A stretch of 64,000 nucleotides of DNA from Iphione sp. A-MEVVRFRX5 (taxonomy: Eukaryota): contig OZ320321.1 in assembly GCA_976226885.1 (NCBI GenBank), positions 50,902,001 to 50,966,000 of the forward strand. Direction: 5' to 3'. The notes under the pieces are model-generated. The model was not told the origin of the DNA and made no database searches. It saw only the letters and a list, made by a program, of their open reading frames with translations. Shown piece after piece: positions 50,149-62,177 of this stretch. How positions within the stretch are numbered: position 1 is the stretch's first letter; every line of letters starts with the position of its first letter. Position numbers and translations under genes: made by a program.

Positions 50149-53100
50149 CTGAAAGATCATAAAATAAATACATGGCATCTGAGTAACACCAGAAAGAAAT
50201 GATTTTGGAGAAAAAGTGGAATTAATCACATTCTTTCTCGGGTAGCAGATTGGGTTATATGCAGATTCCTCCACCACTTAATTTCATTATTGGTTAATGT
50301 TTTTCATCGTCTGGTCTTGGTAATTTAAGGGAGATCTTACATAGTTAATATTAAGTATCACCCTTTCAAAAGTTGATAGCACTGCATTCCGAAATTAATG
50401 GGCATGATAAGGGTTAAAACATGTATATCAATCTTCTGTGATATTAAGTATCATATAACTTATTTGCCTTTCTCAATAATTTGACTTTTCGTTTCCTGCG
50501 ATAGAAATATAAACAAAGGATATTCATGCAAACGTCTAAATCTAAACAAAGGACTCACAACATTGAAGCTATATACAACAGTCCTATTTTTGTGTGATGC
50601 CCTACGACCTGGTGGCGAACACATCTGTTTCTACATTCAAACCTATTCACATGCTGTTACAGTAAACATGTACTTGCTGGTTTATCACTTTGCCCTGTTT
50701 TATGGACTCCTTCATTTCAAAATGCGTTATCACATTAATCTTATTACCTGCATATAAAGCGAGGCATGTTATCTTATTTTACGATTGAAAACCTTCAGTA
50801 TAACTCGGAAGATGTATCTATGTTTCGTGGAATTCCTCCATGTTTAGTTCTTACGTCCTTAAACGGCTGGAAACAGTTCTATGTATAGGCAAAATCAGAC
50901 AGAGCACTGCAAACAATTCAAGGGATGCCAAAAGATGTGCAAGTAATTAATTACAAAAAGTTCTTTGGATAAACCAACTACAAAGATTTCAGAAAACGGG
51001 GCAAAAGCATTATTTCACCATAGTTATTCAAGTCCTAGGTACCTAGAGGCCATCGCATATCTATCAACGGACTTTTAAAGATACTCTTCTTGCACAAAAC
51101 GCGGTGGCAGATGTTGTGCATATGAGAAACTCGGAGAAAATTCAAACCCTTTCATCATGTATACAGAGCTGGAACATGTTCTGTATTGGGTCACTGCTAT
51201 TTTGACCTCTAAGGAAGTTTGCGGAAAGGAACTGAACTTTGTGTCGTGTAGATAACATTTGACCAAAAAGGTTTGAATTTTCTACCGTTCAGATGAAATA
51301 ACAGAGAGAATAAGGAGACAGGAGAAGTTGCTTTTCTTGGAATGGGCACATTGCATAGTGGTCAGGATTACCTGCAATGCATCATATTGCTCGTCTGGAA
51401 AAAGAGTATAACATGCATATTGTAAAAAAAGTAATTCCTTTACCAAACACCACACAACTGATACTCACCAGTTAGCTCAAAGTACATTTACATGTGCATT
51501 CCCATTAGTACGACCAATTACAGTCAAACATTAAATGGTTATTTACCAAAAAAAAATGGTTTGCTGAATTACCGGGACTACATGCACAGCAAACATGAGA
51601 GTCAGTTATCCCGTACCTCTTTAGTGTGTACTTTAAATTCAATTCTTTGGGACAAAGTTGATATCATGTATATAAGTATCTGATTCTAAAGAAAGTGGAA
51701 CAGGAATTCCAACAAAATAACTAGTAGCATTTTCGTGTTAACAATACGTCCAGTGTACGTGTGTAATAATTTAAACCCGATGTCTCTACCTGTTTATGGG
51801 GGACCAAAGCAATTTAGTTGAAATGTCGTAGCCTGTGTAAAAAGACATGAGTTCTCTTACGTGTATGACCACGACTACATCCGCACGTAGAACATGTCAT
51901 TACGTTCTGGAAGGTGGTTTCTACACCGATCGTTGCAAGTTTTCTTAGCCTCCAGTCGAAGGCTGCTGAATTCCTTGCATTTCTTGCCCACTGGTATGTA
52001 TATACATACATATATTTGTGTGTAGTTGAAAACGAGTTGAATTAATACCAGGACACGTAGGTTATGATACCCGGAATCCATTACAATCCTCTTTACTTAC
52101 CTTGAACTGAGATTCCGTTGTGACGTAGCGATCGCCGGGGTCGTCCTATCGTAGTACCCCTGGCTGTACCCAGTCTGCCACGGCGTCATCATGCTGCCAC
52201 TGCTACTGCCACCGTTGCTGCTGCCTTGTTCGTAGTGGTTCCTTCGGTTCGCGTCGGGCGTGTCCCTTTCCGGCTCGGCTCGTGTCTGGAAGCGATATCG
52301 GTCGGCGGTCGAGGAGTAGGGCGTGGGAACAGCCGTCGACAGAGCGTGACCGTCACGGCTGGCTGAAGCCGACGACGAGTACGCGTCATACTGGGACCGA
52401 CGACCCGTCAGCGACTCTGACCAACGAGAGGACGGTTCCGGTTCCGGGTCTTTTGTCTTCAGCGGCGAATCGTAGTTCCGCCGCAGGTCCCTCCAGGAGC
52501 CGGAGGAGATTTCATGGCGATAGTCGTACGCCTTGGGTTCCGTCCAGTAGCGGTCCTCCTCCGGGGTTGAGGAGTGTGTGGTGGTGCTGGTGGTGGCGGC
52601 GCTTACCGGTGATATGTCTCTGTACTTAGGCTCGCGTGCCTCTGGACGTGTCAGACATGTTGTGTGGCTGCCGCTGTTGCTGCTGCTGCTGGCGGCGGCG
52701 GTCGTGGCGCGGGGCGAGTAGGACGACGTCCGGGTTGAGTGCAACAGAGATGGTCGCGCCGAACCCGCCGCTTCGGACGTCGCCATGCGTGTGGGGGATG
52801 CGGAGTAGCTCCGTGGTGCCACCTGTCGCTCAGAGCGTACTGGTGAGCTGCTCACCGACCTTGAATGACCTTCAGGCCGGAAAGCGGACTTGGCTGAGCT
52901 TCCGGTCGCGGGCGATCGTGATCGCGAGTCCGACAAGATGTCGAGCATTGAGCTTACACTGGGTCTGGCCGGTAGCTCCCTCTTCCTATCGCTCAGGGTG
53001 GTGGAGTCTGTCCGGGGGTCGCGCAAGCCGGGCGTCGCGACGTGATCAGTCCAAGCGTGTCCGCGACCACCAACATCAGTGGCCACGGAATAGTCCATAT

Positions 53101-56100
53101 GTCCTCGCCGGTGACTTGGGAGGGTGAAGCGACTCGAGTCGGACTCTAGGGCTCGGGAAGAAATATTGCTACTCCCGACGGAAAGCAGATCGGTGCGGTT
53201 AGCTGGGCTGGTGCCGTGGCTCCCTCTTGTCAATGTGTCGTGTCCCTCGGACGGTCCACGGGACCCGAATCTTTCCAACCCTTGGAGCCTACTACCCTCT
53301 CTAGAGAAGCCACCCGCAGTGACATGACTCTCACCAGTTGGGTAAGCACGGTGTGCCATATCGGAGTCCGAGCTTGTAGCGCTTCCCGCCTCTCCGTTCT
53401 CGTGGGAAGAGAACGGCGACGACGACGAGCGATAATCGGACGGCCCTTCCGGCTCTGACAGCGGAGAAGCGTCCGTGCTCTCTTCGTCGCCGCCATATTT
53501 AGCAAGGAGATAGTCCGTGTAATCGCCGTCTTTGAAGAGGGTCCTGCTCGACACTGCTTGTTGAGAACCCTGCTGTCTGTTGGAAGTCTTACTGCTTTGT
53601 TGTAGAGCACTACTCTCTGGATGATAATGTCTTTGAGAATACTGACCATGGTCGACACCACTGTCGGGTATTTTCCGATGTGCAGAGGGCAAGGCCGTGG
53701 GTTGATCCCTCGAGGCGGGTAATGTTACGTGTAATTCTTCCCCCCTCGTCGATGGCGATTTGTGAGTACTGTGTTCGTGTGTTTGGGCGGTCCTGGCCGT
53801 AGACCGCTCTGTCGGAGGAGGTGGGGACTGTGTGGTGTGGTCTCTGCCTCTCTGTGCATTTCCAGCGTAGCGGCTGAGGATCTCCTCTTGAATGGAGGCA
53901 GCCTCGGCCTCTATGTCCTTCCGGCCGGCCCCACGTGACGGCGGGCGGGGCTCCTGCTTCAGCCGCGCCGACTTGGCCAGGCGGCTGAATGGTCGCCACT
54001 TGGGGTTCGTCCACGGAGTGCTGTGTTGTGGTTCGATACCGTCTGAAGGCAGACCGGGCGCTGTCGTTTGGTTTTGGTTTGCGGTGATGGTTGCTTTAGG
54101 AACTCCTACCGAGGAAAGGCTGAACTTGGATGGAAGGAGCGGCGTGCCAGCGTTAAGCTTTTTCCGCATCGTTTCTGGTTTTTGTGGGTTCACATCGTTC
54201 CCGCGAGTCGGGCTTTCGGACTGCCCGCCTCCTCTTGACCAGGCCTCCGAGGTAGGCGAAGCTTCCTGTGACTGGATCTGGTGGCGCGACTCCTTGTACA
54301 TTTTCATGTGGTGATCGGTCGAAGGCTCCACCGACGTCTCAAGGTCCTCAAGAGCTAGTTCCGGTCGGGACGGTGGGGACCTAGACGACTTCCTTCCTGT
54401 CGGAGAAGCCGACGATGATGTCCTACCACGCGGTGAAGCAGAGCGCGCCTCGGGGCTGGTCTCGCGTTGTTTCGTGTACGCATCCACAAACATACCAAGC
54501 CGCTTTCGGCGCAACTGAACCGTGTCGAGATTTTCGATATCACTCCTCCCGAGGTGCTCGGAGTGCAACGAATCTGGCGATGCGTCGCGTGGAGAGGGAA
54601 TGGCGCGAGCGATGATATCTTCAACCTCCTGGAGGTCGACGGCGACCTTCGTCTCTTGCGGGACTACGACCTTCTTCCGCGCTCCGTCCGGTCTGACGCT
54701 CTGAAATAGGTGCTCCACGGCATTGCGATGGTCTTCCTCGGGCAGGGCAAGGACTGTACTCGTCGAAGCACCACTGTCCTCCTGACTGTGTATGCTAGAG
54801 CCGAGGATCTCTGCCGGGTCAACCTCACCGACCAACTGTACCTTGATGCCCAGCTCAGACTGGATGCGAGCAGCCAATGCCGAGATGTGCTTGTGTAGCG
54901 AACCCTCCACAGCACCAGCGGATCCATTCGAGACAGCAGCACCGGGAGCGTTCTCTGTGTTGGCCTTGGTTGTCTCGTCTTCGTCCTCCCTCTCCTCAAG
55001 GTCATGATTTGTCCTCAGTACTATAGAGGTCGACTCCATTGGCGGATCCTCGCTCTTCTTTACTTTGGGTTTGCCAGCCTTCGTGTCGCGCACAGCGCTA
55101 CTAGTGACAGGCTGAGACGCCGCATGGTGGCCGCCAGGCGATGGTCTCTTTCCGGTGTCGAGAGTCTCCTTTTTACTGTCCTCTTTGCTGATGTACCGGT
55201 CGACAACGTCCATACCTTTCCTCAGGTTTTGATACTCATCTCGCAGGATCTGGAATGATATGAGCAGGTTTTGATATTCATCTCGTAGGATCTGGAATAA
55301 TATGAGATCAGTCTTCTTGTTTTTCAAATTAGGCACACAGGTTTCGAACTTAACACTCCATGAGTTCCCATTGGTCGACAGGTTTCGGTTGGGTTCAGCT
55401 ATGTTTCTCTAATCATTAGCAATTTGACCCAGGTACTAAGGTTAATTTCAGAAGATCAAAGTAATCTTAAGGCAATCGATCCGTATGATTAACATTTAAA
55501 ACTGTCGAAACTTGAGTACATGTGCATGCATTAAAACCCCTCCACAAATTATTTAAACAATGTCATCTGTAGATGGTGACCACTTAAATGAACCATAAAT
55601 GACTTGTTTCAAACAACTATTAGTTCATGATAGACATGTCCCTATTTGCACGTTTCCAAGCAGTCACACGTCTTTAAAGAGCTCGTCAATCATGCATCAT
55701 GGTATTGGAGAACTAATAAGAATACGTATTTTTGCGACATAGTTTCTAAAAATACAGAAAAAAGTCACATTGAAATGGTACTGATATTCACCAAGTTATA
55801 TGGCAATCGCAAATAGTTAATTGCTACCTTGCTAGTCTCCAGATGGTGTCATTTATTTATCATCACGAACGATTTAAAGGCTACCATTAAAATCGGAAAA
55901 TATACCACATGAAAACTAACCTGAACTTCCTTTTGAAGGTTCTGTCGCTCACTTGCCATACCCACAAGTGAAGACTCTAGCTCTGTAACAGCTTCGATGC
56001 TATGTCGGTGGTGCTGTCGCAAGTGTCCAAAGTCCTGCAATTTAGTTCGTTCGTTATGCATGTGTAGAGATGGGTAGAAATACTTTGACAATACACAATG

Positions 56101-59100
56101 TGGCTAGTTACCATATTATTCGATGCTACCGTAAGCCATCTAGAATTGCGATGAGTATTTGTAATGGAGTTTCTATAAAAACTAGTGCGTCATGTTTTAA
56201 TTTTGAATTAAAAATTCATGTTATATCTGATCAATAGATGTGCTGTTTAATATATATTACCGTGAAACTGTAAAATACATGTACACAATTTATATATTCG
56301 AACCAAAATGCCCAAGTGTAAAGGGCCAACTTTAAAAAGTCATCACTCTGTGGCAAAAGATAATAACACTTAGATTTAAATCACTCACAAGACCCAAAAT
56401 AAAGATTATACTTCACAGAATCATATCAGATTTATTCGCATCTATTTCACTATTACAAAGTTTGTATAGTGAAAATGTTGGCCCTTAGGATTCTAATATA
56501 TGAATGTGCAAACAAGTGTGTGAAATAAAATAATAATTGTCAAACAGATTGAATACAACATCCAATTGTGTTCGTCCCAGTGTTTTACTTAAAGAAATGT
56601 GTCCTGTGGTTAGAAATGTAATAGGATAAAGGAAGTGCAAAGGAAAATAATTTAATAAAAACTTATGATAAAAGTATGACCAATCGAGTCAATACATAAA
56701 GAAAAAAAAAGAAAATGAAAGGTGAAAAAGCAGTATACGTGTCCTGGCTGGATTTCAATGGGAAATTAATGATAATTCCCAATAAGCATTGTGCTGTTAA
56801 AATATTAGCATTCTTAAGTACCTAAACGTTATGATAATAGAGCCAACGTCATAATGAGGTCAATATTTGCTTAGTATTCTTTTCACACCAGCAACCTTGT
56901 TATCAATATATCAGTGAGCCTTGGACCTATCATACCAATAGTGAAGACCAGGGAGGCTGGTAGAATTTCCCTGTCAAGTGGGCTTGAAGTTCCTTTTTAT
57001 TTGGTGCAAGATACATACAAATAAGTATTGGCATTTCTTAAAGTCGAGCAGTTCAATATGTGTAGATAGCTACGATTTATTTTGAACAAAAATACCCAAG
57101 TAAATGTACTATGACCTATAATGTCGACTAAATGAGAGTGACAAGAAGAGTCACTCCGCCGGGGATACTGACAGTATCACATTATACTATGTGGGAGTAA
57201 AGAACGGCAATATATACATGTAATAGCTCATTCCTACCAATCTCTTCATAAATCTGTGCTCTTGCTTAATGCAAAAACATACATGTAGCATCACACTTCA
57301 CTGTTTGACCGTTGGAATTCGTACAGTCACTTACCTTGACGAGCTGATCTCTTTCGCCTTGGACTTTTTCTAGTGTTGACTTTAGTTCAGAGTTCTCATG
57401 TTGCAGGTCCTGGTCCTGGAGAGAGTTAATCTGCGGAATGGGCGCCGAGTCCAGTTTTGCCACTAGATGATTGTTCTGTTGCTGGGCCGAGAGCAGGGTC
57501 TGCTCAAGGGCGCCAATTTTGTTGTGCAATGCCTCGAGAGCTGAGTGGTTCTGATGATGATTTGTCAAACCTACTGCATCGTATTTAGCCTGTAATACAA
57601 TGATTAAGCAAATTATAGCAGCTACATTAAGACCATGGTAGCAGAATAAAAAACATTTTCATGCAAAAATCATTTAAAGGATATCGATACACAATAGAAA
57701 CCCATCTGAGACCGAGCTTGGGACTGGCTAATTTCCTTCTCTCCCTCGAGGTGGTCTCCTTTGAGTGTAAGTATAATGTAACATGAAAAAGTGGTTCTTA
57801 AAATTTCTAACTTAGTCTCCTATGTATGTTGCTCTTTGGTTGGGATTAGCTGGATGTGCTACCTGTTGCAACTCTGCTTTTGAAGCTTGCAGGAGGTCGG
57901 CCCATTCCTCCAAGCGGGAGGACATTTCCTCCTTGGCTTTCTTCATCTTTGTCTGAAGGAGGTCATTCTCCAGGGTGGCGCTTGCAAGACTACGTTGGAG
58001 CTTTACCACAGTGGGGTCTGACGTCAGAGGGGCGGAGGAGAGTCGCTGCCATTTGTCTGGTCCTTCAGGTTCCTCCTCAGTATCCATCGATTCGGTGGCT
58101 GAGTTCTCCATGCAGGTGGAATCGCTCTGTGTCTGTGTCGAGAAAATTTTCTCGACAGGAGACTCGCTCTGAACAGGAGTGGTGTTTGTGGAGACACTCT
58201 TGACCGGTTTCAATGGCAATGGCTTCAGGGCCTGGCTGGCCTTCACTGGCGTACTCGTCCGGCGATGTTGCAGCTCCTGCTGTTGTTGGCGTGCGTGCTG
58301 CCAGGGATTCATCTGATCTGCTTTGGGATTGTCATGGACGGGGTGTCGATTTACAAACTGGGGTCTTTGCATTGGCGTCGTTGCGTACTCTTGCTCTGGA
58401 GCCACCGTGGTGGTGCTAGCATCCCGGGTGGCTTTCCTCGTAATGGTCGACTCGTGCTGTTTGCTCACGGAGCGAACCTGCGTAGACGCATGCGCGACGC
58501 AGCCGAACCACAGCTTCTCTTGGGCGGACAAGGCAAGGACTCCGCGGTCCACGAAGAGCTTCACAGTCGTCTGGGTTCCGCTACTCTTCGAGGTGAGCGA
58601 GCGGAAAATCGGGTCTTGCGTGGATGTTACTGCATTTCGCAAGAAGTGGTGGCCGTACTGCTGGACAGCGAAATCGGCCGTGTTGATGGTTTGGCTTTGG
58701 ATGGCCCTGCTCCTCACACGGAAGGCCGACGACCCTGTCTGTGTCGCCTTTTGGTCACTGAGGCAGTGGTCGGTCAGCGTTCCTTTGTGCATGACCATGC
58801 GAGAGCGGCGCTCCAGAGTGGCGTTCACCTTTTTAAGATCGGTGTTCTCCCGCTGGAAGGCGTGGACCCTGTTTTGGAGCTCATCCATGGCCTCCTCCAG
58901 CCGCTGGATGGTGTTCTGGTCGCGGCTGCTGTTAGTCCGGCCCGTGTTCAGGTCGCGGTAGAGCTTTTTGTTCTCAGCACGCAAAGCCACGAGCTCCTTC
59001 TCGACGGCCGTCAGACTGTCCGCCAACCGCATCTCTTCCTGGGTACGTTCGTGGTGCAGGCAGATCTCACGCTGCTGCGATATCTCCAGCTCCTTTTTCA

Positions 59101-62100
59101 TCTCCTGCCCGTGTTTGCCGATCTGCTCCAGTAGCTGCAAGACCTCGTCCTCCGCCGGAGACACGTCAAAGAGGGAGGCCGAGGAGGCGCCGGAGGCTCG
59201 GTTGGAGTCGTCTTGGTTGACGGACTGAGGCGGAGCAGGGGCCGGCGGAGGAGTAGCTGATAACGGACGGATGGTCGGACCCTTGCGTTCTCCAGTAGGC
59301 CCTCCGGGGAAACAGTGGAGCTGCTCGCTCACCGCCGCTCTAATAGCACTGTTCACCTCGGAGTCGCCACTCTCGTAGCCGGCACCCTGGCTGTCCCCGC
59401 CGGGCGAGGCGTACACCACGCGGTTGGCGGCGGCGGGCGATATTGGGGCCGATGTCGAGTTGGTATTCACGAACTTGGCGGCCGACTTGGCCATCCAGTT
59501 GTGCACCTCGCGCTCGATATCAACCTCGATGGTTCCATCGTCGTTCTGGACCATGCTGCTGAAGTCGAAGGTGCTCGGGTCGATCTCGACGGTGATCTCA
59601 CCCTCCGCGCCGTCGGCACCGGGCAGCGATATGGGGATAAACATCTTGCTCATGTCGATGATGAAGCCGCCGTCCTCCGTCGGGATGCCGGGTACTTCCA
59701 TGGTGATTACGATCTCTTCCTCCGACTCGTCCAGGTGGTCGGCGCGGGTGTCGATCACACCGTCGATACTAGTCGACGACGAGAAGCTTTTGTCGCTACG
59801 ACTGCTGCTGAACTTCCGCCGCTGCCGACGATCTTCCTCCTCTTCTTCCTCCTCTTCCCCCTCTCCTCTGCGCCCCTCCTCGTCCGAGTCGCCTTCGGAG
59901 GATTTACTTGAGCCTGCTGTCTCCCCCTGATGAGCAGCACCTATTTCAACCTCCATATCGACCGATCCCTTCTCCTCAGTCTCTTCTTGGTCGGTCGTTC
60001 CGAAGCCTCCTTCGTCTCTGACTCCCCTCGTGGTGTCTTGGAGATGTAGGAACTGCCCACTGGCGTATTTCTTATGCTCTCCAAGCTTCTGATTGGTATT
60101 GTGGAAGTGTTGCTGCGTCCACAATGGCGAACCCTGGGCTGGGTGGACACTGCATTCGGTCTTCGAGGAACATGTGCACTGGAGGACGCGGGAACCGCGT
60201 CCCTCTTCGTCGGAGAACTCAGCCAAGTCATCTAGGCTGGTAGTTGGAGCGTTGGTTACCATACGACCCCCACTGTCGTCTCCAATCTCACTCGGGTCTG
60301 TAGTCTGCAAGTGGTGCAGAATGTCTTGTTGCAAAGATGTTATGCCTGTTTTATTACCGTTATTTGGCTCTCCCGATCCTGTGTCTTGCTCGTATTGCAT
60401 TGCTAGCTCCATCTGGTGGCCAGACGCCGTGCGCAGTTCTTCGAGCAGCTCATTGAAATTCGAACTACTCATCGGTTGTCCCGGAAATTGGTCCCCCATG
60501 GGAGAGACCCCTTCTATTATGTTACCATCTTCATCCTCCATGACAATTTCAAACTCAAGGCCACGGCGAGCAGCTAGTTCGACTAGTTGAGGATCAAGTC
60601 CCTCTAATTGTGACGTCATGAGTAGCTCCCTCAGTTCATCCTGGGTGAGGTCCTCGAGATCCACTTCCATTGTGTATTCATCTGCTTCCTCACCACCTTG
60701 GTTTTCGTCTATCTCCCCCTCTCCTTGTGCCCCAATGTCTTGATTGTTATTCCCTTCTTGTGCGTCTTCCGCGTGCAAGCCACTGTCCTCATCGTCACTC
60801 CTACCTGCTGAGGCTGCACCAGACAAGTTGTGTGGAGTACTGTGGCTTGGAGCACTGGGAAGTGTCGTCTCCTCTTGACTCAAGCTGGTAACAAAAGGGA
60901 CCGGAGACAACCACGGGGCACGTAGGGATCCGGCGCCGGGTGGATGCCCAGATTTCCTCCTGTTTGGAATCATTTTAGAGTTAACTACTTCGTCGTCCTC
61001 CGAAGATTTTACCGCCTCGGCTCCAGCGGCACTTGGATCGGCATTTTGGCCTGCCGCTTCACCTAGAAGCGTTAGAGCCGCATTTTCGCCGTCTTCCGAG
61101 TCGCTATCGTCAAGTACGTTGCGGACACGACCGTGTGCCACTTCCTGTGACAGGCGCTCTACTTCCTCCGCTTGTTCAAGCTCCACCAGCAAAGGCACAT
61201 GACCCGTATCATGCATGACAATTGGCTGTTGTGGCCAGACGTTGAATGAGCCCGACTCAGTGTCGTCTGCTACACCTTCTTCGACACTGTGGCCAGATGC
61301 GTCCCGGTCTCCCGATTCCTGAAACATTACCGGGAGAATCATACACAAGACTTTCGTTGTGTAGTCTTAAGAGCATCAATTAAAAACATCTATATGTGAT
61401 GATACTGTGGTTAATGTATGAACATAAAAATGCAAGTTCTGAAGGGTTCACTTTATACGACCGGAGAGATCCTTTTTCAACGAAACATAATATGGCTCGA
61501 AATGTAAGATACGAAGAGGCACATTTCAACTTTGTAACTGCATGTTTAGGTTAGAATCATCTGAATCATAAAAACAGTTTGCACTCTGCCTTCCATGTTC
61601 TTGGTAGAGACAAAAAGGTAATATGCATGGGATCAATCTGCGAAATATTTTGATGTAGCTTGTGTGTCCCGCACTTCAGACATTGGCCGAATCACTCATT
61701 CCTTCTTTAGATGTGCGTTGACTAGAATTTCACATACCTCCGATGACTCCTCAACAATTTCTATTTCAATAGGTCCGAACCGTTCCTGTAGAGTCTGGAA
61801 GAATAAAGGTAGATACATATGACTTCGTTCTGTTCAGAACATCCCCACAACAATGCTATGGCAGATATTTTACTATATACAGCGTGATGAAGTTGCTTAC
61901 TACATGAGGAAATTGAAAGGTATAAAATGCGCACAATTGTAACTGAATTATCAACATTCGAGCAGACCTTAAGCATTTCTTCCGATAGAGGTTGCTCGCC
62001 AATCAAATCCAAGACCTGCTGGGCATCAGTGAAGTTCCCATCCAAGGCATCAGGTGGCAGTTCTGCTCCCCACGGAGGTTCTAAAGGGTGATCCGTTCCT

Positions 62101-62177
62101 GCAAGTTGGTTTGCAAAGGGTCCCATGTCTTCGATCTGCTTGCTCTGTTCGGAAACACGCGACATCAAAATAGAATA
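49665..62177 (-). CDS. Unidentified very large disordered/coiled-coil protein (gene 3); at least 7 exons, about 2574 aa found, 5' end not located
   Basis: Exons 62177-61968, 61794-61738, 61318-57863, 57589-57335, 56034-55921, 55249 (or 55291)-52101 and 50148-49665 join with GT-AG sites and consistent phases (0,0,0,0,0,2). The two ORFs over 1000 aa are far beyond chance. Confidence 0.85.
52101..55249 (-). CDS. Gene 3 giant exon B (3149 nt; 3191 nt if the duplicated acceptor at 55291 is used): S/P/R-rich disordered region
   Basis: tcattccag|ATC...CAAG|GTAAGT, phase 0-2, within the 1079-aa ORF. Confidence 0.9.
55223..55306 (-). repeat. 42-nt tandem duplication spanning an intron/exon junction
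   Basis: Copies at 55223-55264 and 55265-55306 differ at 3 of 42 positions; each contains ttccag|ATC. Confidence 0.95.
55921..56034 (-). CDS. Gene 3 coiled-coil exon
   Basis: ctaaattgcag|GAC...CAG|GTTAGT, 114 nt, phase 0-0. Reads DFGHLRQHH...LESSLVGMASERQNLQKEVQ. Confidence 0.8.
57335..57589 (-). CDS. Gene 3 coiled-coil exon
   Basis: ttgtattacag|GCT...AAG|GTAAGT, phase 0-0. Reads AKYDAVG...LEALHNKIGALEQTLL...LKSTLEKVQGERDQLVK. Confidence 0.85.
57863..61318 (-). CDS. Gene 3 giant exon A (3456 nt): acidic region, coiled coil, TQT array
   Basis: atgtttcag|GAA...CAG|GTAGCA, phase 0-0, within the 1178-aa ORF. Confidence 0.9.
61738..61794 (-). CDS. Gene 3 57-nt exon TLQERFGPIEIEIVEESSE
   Basis: ctttattcttccag|ACT...GAG|GTATGT, phase 0-0. 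A second in-frame AG lies 9 nt downstream (exon start 61785). Confidence 0.75.
61968..62177 (-). CDS. Gene 3 exon (5' boundary uncertain: 62177 or 62144)
   Basis: Frame ...GPFANQLAGTDHPLEPPWGAELPPDALDGNFTDAQQVLDLIGEQPLSEEMLK. Weak donor AAG|GTCTGC; phase 0. Confidence 0.6.

Noticed and set aside
57701-57757. Possible 57-nt phase 0-0 exon of gene 3 (ETTSRERRKLASPKLGLRW)
   Set aside because: The donor (GTTTCT) is weak and the flanking exons join in frame without it. It remains unresolved without RNA data.
52189-60891. Numerous + strand and alternative-frame ORFs of 60-289 aa
   Set aside because: They are shadow ORFs of the two GC-rich giant exons and have no splice support.
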